Below are positions 38,036 through 49,977 of a stretch of 64,000 bases of DNA, piece by piece. Within the stretch, counting starts at the first letter, position 1. Every line of letters starts with the position of its first letter. The notes beneath the pieces are model-generated. The model did not search any database. It was not told where the DNA came from and was given only the letters and a program-made list of their open reading frames with translations. Position numbers and translations under genes: made by a program. The stretch comes from Octopus sinensis (lineage: Eukaryota), in contig NC_043007.1 in assembly GCF_006345805.1 (NCBI RefSeq), positions 9,238,001 to 9,302,000 on the forward strand. The letters run 5' to 3'.

Positions 38036-38924
38036 GTGGAGGCGCAATGGCCTAGTGGTTAGGGCAGCGGACTCGCGGTCGTAGGATCGCGGTTTCGATT
38101 CCCAGACCGGGCGTTGTGAGTGTTTATTGAGCGAAAACACCTAAAAGCTCCACGAGGCTCCGGCAGGTCGTGGTGATCCCTGCTGTATTCTTTCACAACT
38201 CTTTCTTTCACTCTTTCTTCTGCGGGGTGGCGTCATTCGAAGGCTAAAACAATGCGAACACATTGTGACCAGCGATGTGTAAAACATCTGATGGTCTGGT
38301 CGGTCACGTGGTCACGTGGTCATATATATGTTTGTGTGTGTGTGTTTATATATTTTGTACTTCTTTCCTTTCGCCCTTTTCAAGCCTAGCCAGGATGATG
38401 GGCCCGGTTTCCCGGTTTCTGTGGCGTATGTGTTCCCCCCAGGCTGGACGGACGCCAGTCCATCGCAGCGTTATTCAAGAAACAGGAAGAGAGAATGAGA
38501 GAAAGTTGTAGCGAAAGAGTACAACAAGGGTCGCCACCACCCCCTGCCGGAGCCTTGTGGAGCTTTTAGGTGTTTTCGCTCAATAAATACACACAACGAC
38601 CGTTCAGGGATTCGAAACTGCAATCCTCCGACCGCGAGTCCGCTGCCCTAACCACTGGGCCATTTCGCCTCCACAATGCGCCCTTTTAAAGCTTAGCCAG
38701 GCTCATGGGCCCGGTTTCCCGGTTTCTATGGCGTATGTGTTCCCCAGTTGGACGGGACGCCAGTCCATCGCAGCGTTACGCATTTTTGCCAGCTGAGTGG
38801 ACTGGAGCAACTTGAAAATAAGTGTTTTGCTCAAGAACACAACGCGTCGCCCGGTCCAGGAATCGAAACCATTATCTTACGATCATGGTCCTGACATCCT
38901 AACCACTAAGCCACGCACCTCCAC
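38036..38924. mobile_element. Three abutting SINEs: D+tail3 (+, 38036-38322), D+tail1 (-, 38362-38674), A+tail1 (-, 38675-38924)
   Basis: Head, body and tail modules are each recognisable against the other copies in the window. Confidence 0.88.
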
Positions 38925-39212
38925 TTTTTTCTATTCCTTCTACCACTCTGAAATAAGACAGTAAGGGAAATTATAGTTATTGCTGTCTAATTGATGACGG
39001 TCATTAAAATGGTATAAGCATGACGTTAAACGTGGTGTTGTTGGTAGTGTTAATGTCACAGTTAATAGGATAGAGTCAGTCGATGTATTAATTGCCGTAG
39101 AGGATGTAGAATTCGCAGTATTGGTAGCTACTGAAGCAGCAGTAGTAGTGGAGGTAGTACTAATAGTAGTCATTGTGTTGGTGGTCGTGGAGATGGTAGT
39201 AGTAGTAGTAAA

Positions 39213-39798
39213 GGCGGCGAACTGGCAGAAACGTTAGCACGTCGGGCGAAATGCGTAGCCGTATTTCGTCTGCCGTTACGTCCTGAGTTCAAATTCCGCC
39301 GTGGTCGACTTTGCCTCTTCATCCTTTCGGGGTCGGTAAATAAGTACCAGTAAGCACTGGGGTCGATGTAATGTAATAGACTTAATGCGTTTGTCTGTCC
39401 TGTTTGTCCCCTCTGTGTTTAGCCCCTTGTGGGTAGTAAAGAAATAGGCAGTAGTGGTAGTAGTATTAGTAGTAGTAGTAGTAGTTGTAGTAGTAGTAGT
39501 AGTAGTAAGGGCGGCGACTGGCAAGAACGTTAGCACGTCGGGCGAAATGCGTAGCCGTATTTCGTCTGCCGTTACGTCCTGAGTTCAAATTCCGCCGTGG
39601 TCGACTTTGCCTTTCATCCTTTCGGGGTCGGTAAATTAAGTACCAGTTACGCACTGGGGTCGATGTAATAGACTTAATGCGTTTGTCTGTCCTTGTTTGT
39701 CCCCTCTGTGTTTAGCCCCTTGTGGGTAGTAAAGAAATAGGCAGTGGTAGTAGTATTAGTAGTAGTAGTAGTAGTTGTAGTAGTAGTAGTAGTAGTAA

Positions 39799-39800
<2 letters not shown>
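39213..39800 (+). repeat. ~297-bp tandem duplication of a SINE B plus its (GTA)n flank
   Basis: Both copies share private variants (CACGTCGGG, CGTCCTGAG, CCGTGGTC, TAATGCGT) and the same downstream AAATAGGCAGTGGTAGTAGTATTAG. Confidence 0.85.
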
Positions 39801-39839
<39 letters not shown>

Positions 39840-40710
39840 ATAGTAGTAATAGTGGTGGTTGCGGTGATATTGATGAGTATAGCTATGGTAGGGACTGTGG
39901 TAGTAGTAGTAGTAGCAGCAGCAGCAGCGGCGGTAGTAATGGTAGCAACAGCAGCAGCAACAGCAGCAGCAGCAGCAGTAGTAGTAGGATTAGTAGTAGT
40001 AGTAGTAGTAGTAGTAATGGTTGTGACAATGGCAATGGTGTTGGTGGTGGCACAGCACTAGTAGCAGTGATAATTGTGGTAGTGGCGTTGGTGGTTATGG
40101 CGGTGGTAGTATGGATGTTAGTAGTAATAGGAGTAGGAGTAGGAGGAGTAGGAGTAGAAGGAGTAGGAGTAGAGGTGGTAACGATGGTAGCACATGCTTG
40201 CGGTAACAGCGGTTGCGGTCGTGATGTCACTTCGGCTGTGGAACGTGGTTCTACGCGTATGTTAGAAATTACCAGCTGTATTAATGGCTGAGTGAATAAT
40301 GAACGTTAAAATGCTGATTCATTTTGCGATGTTTCGTAGTCGATACGATACGATCTCCTTCTATGGCAATGGCATATGGAAATTCTATTACACAGACCAT
40401 GATACGGCTTAGAGCCAGTCACTAGTGAAAAAAGGAAACAAATTTACTTTCACTTTAGATCTTGAATTAGTGATGATGTATTTGACAAGATGGACATGCC
40501 ATGTACAAACTTGGCGGCCATGTTTGTTCTTCTATGCAAAGCTTTCATCGATTTACGTTTGCTTCTCTCCTCCTGCACCTACACCTCATTCCTTTGTTTC
40601 TTTTGTATCTTAGTTTTCTCTCTGGCCCCCCCCCTCTCTCTCTCCTTGTCATCATACCTCACTTCTTCTTCTTCTTCATCTTCTTTTTCTTCATCTTCTT
40701 TTTCTTCTAT

Positions 40711-40742
<32 letters not shown>

Positions 40743-40776
40743 GTTATTATTATTATTATTATTATTATTGTTGTTG

Positions 40777-40826
<50 letters not shown>

Positions 40827-41150
40827 TCATTATAATGGTTTTCGTTGGCTTTCTTATAATTGGTGTCGATCTAATCGTGTATAACCCGCCCGCTTATTTC
40901 AGATGAAGAACTAATATTTGAAATGATCATCATCATCATCATCACCATCATCATCCCTGTCTCTTCTTCCTGCTCCTGCTCCTGCTCCTCTTCCTGCTTC
41001 TCCTCCTCTCCCTGCTGCTGCTGCTGCTGCTCCTCCTCCTTCTTGTTCTTCTTGTTCTTCCTTTTCTTTTTCTTCTTCTTCTTCTTCTTCTTCTTCTTCT
41101 CCTTCTTCTTCTTCTTCTTCTTCTTCTTCTCTCGGCATCATTGGTTATTA
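39740..41150. repeat. Trinucleotide microsatellite cluster (GTA, GCA, TTA, CAT, CTT)
   Basis: Directly visible; source of the poly-S/V/L/Y/E/F ORFs. Confidence 0.95.
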
Positions 41151-41246
41151 TTGTTTTCTGTTCCATCTGTTTCATAATTCATGGATACACTCTCTCACTT
41201 CTGTCTTCAAATATAAACAAATACCCCTCGCCTCCGCCCCCACATG

Positions 41247-41279
<33 letters not shown>

Positions 41280-41989
41280 ACGCACACACACACGGCACAC
41301 AAGCACAAACACGACACACACACACACTCACACAAACACACATACAAAACAGAAAGCAGAAAGTGCAACGATGACGTAAAACGATGGACGACAGCGGCTG
41401 GAGATGATCAACTAAAGCAGAGAAGATATAAATGCGATTTTATCATTCCGTTTCATCAATACTGTGGCGGCTAAACGGAATGAATTTTCTCAAGAATTTG
41501 CCGAAGCAACGAGATTTTGAGAGATTCTCTGTAGAAATTCTAATCACTGACAGTCTCAGTAAATTAACCATATTCAGTTATTGGGATAATATAATGAAAT
41601 TGTTGCGGAAGATCTGTGATTACATGTAGAAGCCTGAAATTAAAACGAAGCTAAATAAATAAATTCTGTCGAAAGCGGTACTCGAGTTATTAACGGTGTT
41701 ACTGTAGATGCGGTAATTGTGGAGGCGGTGGTTACGCTCGTTGTGGCGGTGTATAGGGTGGCGGGTTTGCATAGTGACGGTTGTAAACACAACGAATTGA
41801 AACTAATGTTAGTCAAATTTGCTAACAATTATCAATTTTTTTCTTTTTAATATTTTCAAATGATCTCCGATGGGTTTTAGATAGATTTCAAGAAACAATT
41901 AATAGATAATCTACCTAATTATAATTATGAAAATCACATCGGTGATAGTGCTGTTGCTGTTGTTCCAAATTATTTTATTATTATTATTA

Positions 41990-42041
<52 letters not shown>

Positions 42042-42044
42042 TAC

Positions 42045-42337
42045 ACTTTACTCTTTACTATTTTACTCTTTTACTTGTTTCAGTCATTTAACTGCGTCCA
42101 TGCTGGAGCACCGCTTCTTAGCTGAGCAAATCGACCCCCATGACTTATTGTTTGTAAGCCTAGTAATTATTTTATCGGTCTCTCATGCCGAACTGCTAGT
42201 TAAGGAAGCGTAAACACACCAGCATCGGTTGTCAAGCGATGTGGGGGGGGGAAACAAAGACACACAAAAACATATACACACACACCACACACACACACAC
42301 ACACACACCACACACACATATGTATATTATTATATAT

Positions 42338-42373
<36 letters not shown>

Positions 42374-42555
42374 AATATATATATATATCTACATAGATAC
42401 GACGATCTTCTGTCAGTTTCCGTCTACCAACTCCACTCACAAGGCTTTGGTCGGCACGAGGCTGTAGTAGGAAACACTTACCGAAGGTCCTACGCAGTGG
42501 GACTGAACCCAGAACAATGTGGTTGGTAAGGAAGCTACTTACCACACAGCCACAT
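42045..42555 (-). mobile_element. SINE family C
   Basis: GAGTAAAA tail, GCGGTGCTCCAGCATGG 3' end, internal CA/TA tract and GTGGCTGTGTGGTAAG head. Confidence 0.88.
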
Positions 42556-42629
42556 TATTATTACTATGACGAAGGCACGGCAGCGATGGCTAAAGCAACA
42601 ACGACAATAGTGTTTATGATACGTTGCTT

Positions 42630-43560
42630 TCGTATTTTGGTACAAGGCCAGCCTTTTTGATACAAACCAGCAATTTGGAGCGGGGTGTATAAGCATCACA
42701 TCGACCCCAGTATTTATTCAACTGGTACTTATTTCATCGACCACGAAAGGATGAAGTCAAATCGACCTCGGCAGAATTTGAAATCAGGACATGATGAAGG
42801 ACGATATATCGGTAAACGACTGTACCAGCTCGCCGCCAGCCATAATTGCGACGACGATATTGGTTTCAAATGTTGGCACTAAGCCAGCAATTTCAGGGGA
42901 GGAAACTAGTCATTATTTTTCATTTCTTTATTGCCCACAATGGGCTAAACATAGAGGGGACAAATAAGGACAAACAAAAGGATTAAGTCGATTACATCGA
43001 TCCCAGTGCGTAACTATTACTTAATTTATCGACCCCAGAGGATGAAAAACAAAGTCAACGACCTCGGTGGAATTTGAACTCGGAACGTAACGGCAGACGA
43101 AATAGCGCTAAGCATTTCGACCGGCGTGCTAACGTTGCTACCAGCTCGCCACCTTTAATGAATTATATCAACTAGTCAATTATATCAACCCCAATGCTCA
43201 ATTGGTATTTATTTTATTAACCTGGAAAGGATAAAAGGCAAAATCAACCTAAAAGGAATTTGAATTCAGAACTTGAAGTCAGACGAAATGCCACTACGCA
43301 TTTTGCCTTGCGTGCTAAAGATTCTGCCAGCGCGCCACTTTAATAATGCCGGAATTGGTTTCACATTTTGGCACACTTTGGGGAAGAGACAAAGTCGATT
43401 AAATCGACGCCATTGCTCTACAGGTATTTCTTTTAGCGACCTCGTAAGTATGAATGACAAAGTCTACATCAGCAAAATTTAAATACTGAGCGTGAAGATG
43501 AGCTAAATGCTTAGCAGCATTTCACCCAGAGAGCTAAAGATTCTAGTACCACACCACCTT
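42630..43560 (-). mobile_element. Cluster of at least four co-oriented SINE B copies
   Basis: Heads end near 42838, 43153, 43338 and 43560; tails (TGGTTTCA.ATTTTGGCAC) restart within about 20 bp. Confidence 0.8.
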
Positions 43561-43689
43561 AATGACGACGATATTAGTAAGAAATAAATATAGTCACGAA
43601 TTTCAAAAAGGTATCGGTATTCATGCAATTCGTTAGTAACGACACCAAGTACATTAAATTGATTAATCAATACCTGCAATGAAATCGAA

Positions 43690-43840
43690 AGTTAATTTAT
43701 TTACATTATTTGCATTCGACATATATTTGTCCTCATCTTGTTTGTTGGTAACACAACGTTTAGGCTGATATACCCTCCAGCCTTCTTCAGGTGTCTTGGG
43801 GAAATTTCGAACCTGGGATCTCATTCCTAAGGTATTTTTC
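43690..43840 (-). mobile_element. Hammerhead-bearing micro-element next to (TAA)n
   Basis: gacac-CTGAAGA-A-GGCTG gagggtatat CAGCC-TAAA-c-GTT-gtgtt at 43795-43750 (G12 mutated). Confidence 0.75.
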
Positions 43841-43847
43841 GATGTTG

Positions 43848-43898
<51 letters not shown>

Positions 43899-43904
43899 TA
43901 TTAT

Positions 43905-44270
43905 TATTACTTTTTTTTTCTTCTTTCAAATTTTCTTCCATTTCTTGCCGGGTATCTTCCGGACTCATAGGTCAAAGAAACTCATAGTATACATGTGGGA
44001 GGCCATTGAAACCAACTCAATAGTTCGTTCATTTAAAAAAAATTTTTTTTTAAGTTAAATTAAAATACATGAGCACAGCAACATTCTCACATCGACAATG
44101 CTCTTCTCAATACGTGTGATGTACCAGTTAGACAATCTTTTGCACTTCTTGCAGGGATGGTAAGCCAGGATCATTCTCATATAATTTTCGGTTCCTTCTT
44201 GATCATTCCTAGTGCTCCTACGATCACTGGTATTGTAACCGCCTTGAGATGCCACATTTTCTCATTTCAT
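43905..44270 (-). mobile_element. Short R4/Dong-clade 3' end
   Basis: ORF end and 3' UTR homologous to 21600-21950 (CCCGGC.AGAAA.GGAAGAAAATTTGAA); abuts (TAA)n. Confidence 0.75.
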
Positions 44271-44345
44271 GAGTAGGTCTTTATATTATTATTATTATTA
44301 TTAATAATAATTATTATTATTATTAATATTATGAGTAGGTCTTTA

Positions 44346-44377
<32 letters not shown>

Positions 44378-44481
44378 GTTGTTGTTGTTTTTGTTGTTGT
44401 TGCTGTTCAGGTCCATGCTTGGAATCGAAGTTGGAATCTTGGGGTTAGTAGGTCGCAGTCTTAACCTCTACGCCATATGAC

Positions 44482-44645
44482 CGAAATTTCCCTGGGACAA
44501 GAAGGTTGGAAGGCATATCAACCGAAACGTTGGATTAACAACAAACTAGATGAGGACAAATATCCGTCGAATGTAAATAATATAAATAATGTAAATAATG
44601 TAGATAACGTACATAATTCCTCATCTCTTAAATATAGAACTGCAA
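44482..44645 (+). mobile_element. Second, inverted copy of the 43690-43840 micro-element
   Basis: CGAAATTTCCC..GAAGAAGGTTG gaaggcatat CAACC GAAA CGTT..AACAACAAAC.AGATGAGGACAAATAT; 5' core partly deleted. Confidence 0.75.
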
Positions 44646-45494
44646 AGTTGATTTGTTGGGAATAAACTCAAAATCTACGCAAAATAAACAAGGATTATAC
44701 AAAATTGAAGCCATATATCACACCACACCACATCACTTGAAAACTTATTGAATCTTTGCCTTGATTTCTTTTCATGTAGATGGTGACCGTTGCACCGTGA
44801 TTTTCCAGGATGTTATACAGCACTGTTTTTGAATATATGGCTTGATTCATCGAACTAAGCCATATATGTCTTAGCACACTCATAGAGTCATATATAGTAA
44901 GTTTCGTGTGTATATACACATACATATGTATGTATTCACATAAGCGTGTGTGAGTACGTGTATACATGTATATACGCATACACAACCATATCTATATATG
45001 TACGTGTTTGCGTGTTTATTAACTCTTGTTATTCGTTATGAACATTTTTCTCCGAGAGGAAATGAATCCTTATGGGAGATTTTACAACTTTTTTCTTTTA
45101 TCTTAACAAATTAATAATACACAAAATATTGCTTTTTGTGTATTTTGAGTTTAAAGCTTAATTAATTTCGAATTCAACAGTTAATCCTTTTAATATTCCC
45201 AGGCAACTCTTTCCAGATTTGGTGTTTTCGCAGAAATGTTTTGCAGTAATTTAATAGTTCTATTAATTGTACGATGTTGGATCAGAATTTATACAACTAA
45301 ATATTGATGTCGGGAGATAAATATGTAATGCTAAGAATAGAGACATACAGGGGTGTGTTAAAAGCCCTACTTTGCAACCATGTGTTTCCGGGTTCAGTCA
45401 TATTGTTTGGCATATTGGGACAAGTGTCTCCTACTAGAAGATACGGGGAGACCAATGCCTTGTGAGTTAATTTGATATACGGTAACTCTTTTGG

Positions 45495-46100
45495 GTTATC
45501 TTGAATTGTTCCTGTTAATTCTGCATAGTAGATAACTTCACTGAAAAGAAAAATTACATCGGCTTCTGCGAAGGCAATTTCAAAAGACCTTATGGACACC
45601 AGCTCTCTCCTTTCAGACACATCGACAAAATTAAAGCCACTAAGTTGACTAGTCACATATGTGGTTTGTACACTGACTGCACATCACATACAGTCAAGTG
45701 GGGTATCGTAAATAAATTCACATACAGTCAAGTGGGTTATCGTAAACAAGAAATCTATGCCTTCTATAAATGGATCTAAGGAATGCAACATATGTGTAGC
45801 TGAAAGATGGCACATACCTTTTACCTCATAGAATTCAATCGTACTACTTAATTCCGGATCCGAAATATTCATCAAATACAGGGCGTAGAGACTTGGGGAA
45901 ACCACCGTCTCCGGATTGGGTAGCTGTCTCGAAAACTTTAAACCTTTCTCCTTGAATTATTTTTCAACAACTTGTTTAATTATGGTTTTTACCGTCTATG
46001 GAGACGTAATTCTAATTTCGTTTCTATTCTTTTTGTTTTCCATTCGTATACATCACTCCATTGTATGCATTTCTCATTCACCACCATCATGATTTCCAAA
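45495..46100 (+). mobile_element. Penelope-like GIY-YIG C-terminus of a different lineage (Hydra/Nematis-like by motif)
   Basis: A plus frame not in the track reads EKKNYIGFCEGNFKRPYGHQLSPFRHIDKIKATKLTSHICGL..SHTVKWGIVNK..SINGSKECNICVAERWHI..LLNSGSEIFIKYR. It is broken by a 34-bp tandem duplication (45685-45750) and stops. Confidence 0.85.
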
Positions 46101-46496
46101 CAGAATAGGCCTACACTTTTTTTCAATGGCTCGTATTTATTTTATCGGTCTCTTTGTGGTTACGCTATCAAGGCAATCAAAAAGGAGGGGAACTGAAAGT
46201 GAACTAAGAAATTATCTCTAACAGATAAATGCATACGAAAAGAACTTTAAGAACAAATATAATATTCTAAGGAAGTCCAGTTTAGTATTTAACTTTTGAG
46301 TACGTCCGAAGCTAACGAAAGAATAAATAATAAACATAGAAATTCTACTTCAAAGCATTTAGTAGTCTAAGCATTACATATGCTAAAAGATTTTTTTCAA
46401 GAAGAATGTGTGTATTAGATTATAGGAAAATGAATAATTGATGCGTTATTCACTATTGAAATATCTGTATGTTTTTCGACGTCTAATGCAATTATT

Positions 46497-46905
46497 ACTC
46501 TTTTACTCTTTTACTTGTTTCAGTCATTTGACTGCGACCATGCTGGAGCACCGCCTTTAGTCGACCAAATCAACTCCGGGTCTTATTCTTTGTAAGCCCA
46601 GTACTTATTCTATCGGTCTCTTTTTGCCGAACCGCTAAGTGACGGGGACGTAAACACACCAGCATCGGTTGTCAAGCGATGGTGGGGGGGACAAACACAG
46701 ACACACAAACATATACACACACATACATATATATATACATATATACGACAGGCTTCTTTCAGTTTCCGTCTACCAAATTCACTCACAAGGCATTGGTCAG
46801 CCCCAGGCTATAGCAGAAGATACTTGCCCAAGATGCCACGCAGTGGGACTGAACCTGGAACCATGTGGTTGGTAAGCAAGCTACTTACCACACAGCCACT
46901 CCTGC
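46497..46905 (-). mobile_element. SINE family C, full length
   Basis: Near-consensus match to 24797-25214. Confidence 0.92.
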
Positions 46906-48028
46906 GGTCTATGACAACATTTCAATGCAATTTTTTTTTTATTGGATACGATAATTCTAAGTTAGAAGTAAATGTATAATAAATTTCTTCAAAGCAAACA
47001 TTACATTGGAGATATTCTATTAGTTCACTTTGAACTTAGTATATTTTGGATCGCCTGGATAACGTTATGTTATCATATATTTTCGTATATATTAATTTCA
47101 TTTGTATTTTGTACCTTATTTCTATATCTAAATATGCTGGTACAGTAGAAAACATCGTCCACAATATATGGTGTAATGATCAATTAAAGAAGCGATTTTA
47201 CCTATCCATTCTTAGACATTCTGTTATATATACATACATGCACATAAACACACACACATACATACATATACACATGCATAGATATATACATGTATGTATG
47301 TATTTATGCATTCATGGCTGTAAATGCATACATATGGGTGATTATGTGTATATGAACGTATATGTATGTGGCTGCATGTGTGAATGGGAGCGAGTGTGTG
47401 TGGGGTGTATATGTGTGTGAAGGTATGTGAAATGATGGTATTTTTTTAAAAGCTTTATTGAAGTCTGACAGCAGAGAAACATACTGTCACACTTCTATAT
47501 TCAGGTGCCTTTCTAAAGGATTACAGCTAGCAGTTATTTACTAATGTCTTACGTTACAGGATTAAATTGGACACAATGCATTGATACGAAATCCATGGGA
47601 ATTTAAGGAATATGTCGGTGTTAAGAACAAATAAGAAAATCAGAAGTCTAGGCAAGCCATTGAATAAACTCCTCAAATTGTGAGAATCTGAAAATAAAAT
47701 AAATAAAAATAATAAATAACGATGTGTTAGTGCAAGCAGTAGTAGCGGGTATGAGGAAACCATTGAATGAATTACACGGACTAATTTCTGTATAGATGAT
47801 CTTGTGTCGTGTTTTCTATTCATATATTACTTTTGTTGATTTCTCAATGGATAATGGATATACATACATATATATATATATGCATGCAAACACATATATA
47901 TATATATATACATGTATACACACATACACACAAACACACACAGATCTATAAGCAGACCAGCAACGGTTGTTAAGCAATGTTGAGGAGGGGGGACAAACAC
48001 AGACACACACACACACACACGCGCACAC

Positions 48029-48061
<33 letters not shown>

Positions 48062-48122
48062 CACACCACACACACACACACACACACCACACACACCACA
48101 TATATATATATATATATATATG

Positions 48123-48379
48123 TTTATAAAAAAGAAGTTTGAAAACGCCTCTATATAAGATAAATTTTAATTTTCTTAGAAAGTTTACATGTTTCGGTTC
48201 TTCTTGAAAAACGAACCTTATCAAAAATATTTTAAAAGTTAAGTGTAATAAAATATTCAAAATATTTAAAATATTTTTGATAAGGTTCGTTTTTTCAAGA
48301 AGAACCGAAACATCTAAAATGTCTAAGAAAATTAAAATTTATCTTATATAATGGCGTTTTCAAACTTCTTTTTTATAAA
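48123..48379. repeat. Fold-back palindrome, ~114-bp arms, 28-nt spacer
   Basis: 48123-48236 is the reverse complement of 48265-48379 with few differences; flanked by TA-rich arrays. Confidence 0.92.
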
Positions 48380-48421
48380 TATATACCCACTCGTATACGA
48401 TCTACACTTATTATAAATATA

Positions 48422-48454
<33 letters not shown>

Positions 48455-48539
48455 CTAGCATTAAAGACCCGTCGTTGCCGGGTCATAGTGCTAGTGCATG
48501 TATGTATGTGTATATATATGTGTACATATTACATGTACA

Positions 48540-48570
<31 letters not shown>

Positions 48571-49517
48571 CCTACACATAAAATGCAAAATACAAAGTAA
48601 TATCGTGATATCGCTAGTGATAACAATACTCAAAAAATATAACAGACTGGAATTGTTAGCCCGTCTTTTGTAATTTCGATCAATTGTATCTTGTCCTCCC
48701 TTTTGTATAGAAGTGTGGCTATAATCCAGCCTACCTCTACTTCGGGGTGGGGGGGGGCATTTAAAATTTTTTTTCGGGACGTCCTACGTCCCAGATATAA
48801 AGGTAGTAATAAGATATTTCCACTTTGCAAGTTCGAGTCGAGTACTCCCTTGCATGCTCCGTTGACTCGAACCTTGCTTCTATTGTAGCGAATTTACCGC
48901 CTCTGATTAGATATCTTTCATAGTCGCACCAAGACACTTTTGGAAGGTGCTTTCCTACATGTGTTCATATCTTATTTTTTCTCTACATTGTATACTTTAA
49001 AGACAGTAGTCTTTTCTTTAATTTAATTTTTTATTATCCATCTGGACTATTCCATTTCTGCACGCTAATTCTATTTTTAATTTATTCCCATTCATGTGAA
49101 ACCACTTATTCAACTTCAAATCATTAATGCAATTTTATACCAATTGCTATTTTTATTTTTGTTATGTTACGATTATATTATACTTTAGTTTGATTTTAAT
49201 TATTACTTACTACATATAATTCAATTGTTATTATTATTTTTATTGTTAAAGTGACAGCATCTGACATAAAATACAGAAATATTTTTGTTTCACTTTTAAC
49301 ACGTTATACTGAAATAGTGGAGATGATATGATATTGCTATGGGCTCGCTCTAGGCAAGAAGTTGAACATTTTTTTGCCGATGACACTCCCCGACCCTAAG
49401 TAAGGCATCTGTAAAATTGAATGAAATTGGTTGTGTAGTTCTCAAGTTTTAGGGAAACAAAGACAGACCAGACAGACAGACAGACAGACAGACCCATATT
49501 CTCAGTTTAATTAATAT

Positions 49518-49525
<8 letters not shown>
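48455..49525 (-). mobile_element. Non-autonomous Helitron (5' end blurred into (TA)n)
   Basis: 3' CCCGGCAACGACGGG..ATG-CTAG|T at 48455; near the other end (CAGA)n and AAATTGAATGAAATTGGTTGTGTAGTT. Continuity of the middle is not proven. Confidence 0.6.
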
Positions 49526-49568
<43 letters not shown>

Positions 49569-49750
49569 TACTAATATTGAGGGGTCAGCAAGAGAATGCA
49601 TCACCACATACCGAAATTCAGAAATAGCAGCCAAAATCTAAGCCATTTCTTCTACTAAAAAAGTAGAAGAAATGGCTTAGATTTTGGCTGCTATTTCTGA
49701 ATTTCGGTATGTGGTGATGCATTTCTTTTGCTGACCCCTCAATATTAGTA
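49569..49750. repeat. Near-perfect palindrome, 88/89-bp arms, 5-nt loop
   Basis: TACTAATATTGAGGGGTCAGC...CATTTCTTCTACT-AAAAA-AGTAGAAGAAATG...GCTGACCCCTCAATATTAGTA. Confidence 0.95.
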
Positions 49751-49977
49751 TTACTAGAATTTACCGTATAACGGTCCTGCTTTCATACCGAATTCTACTT
49801 GGTGAAATGTATTGATTACTTCGTAATTAATTAGTTTTACCCTTAATTGCTTATATATATATATATATATATTGATAAAAACGGAAAAGATAACAAAAGA
49901 AAGAAAGGGGCCTCGATATTATGTAAACCGAGGAATTTATCCGTAAATGTAATATGTGACAATTATTCGGTAGCCAT

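Noticed and set aside
45297-45656. 119-aa minus ORF with a strong TTTTCTTTTCAG acceptor at 45542
   Set aside because: Antisense of the plus-strand GIY-YIG, running into a SINE C remnant.
45844-45950. Minus frame GERFKVFETATQSGDGGFPKSL, resembling a hemopexin/MMP repeat
   Set aside because: It is the antisense of the PLE C-terminus and 3' UTR on the plus strand, lacks the conserved Trp and has no pyrimidine tract.
47553-47687. Minus segment with an excellent acceptor and GTAAGA donor
   Set aside because: All three frames contain a stop. It could only be a non-coding or terminal exon, and there is no support.
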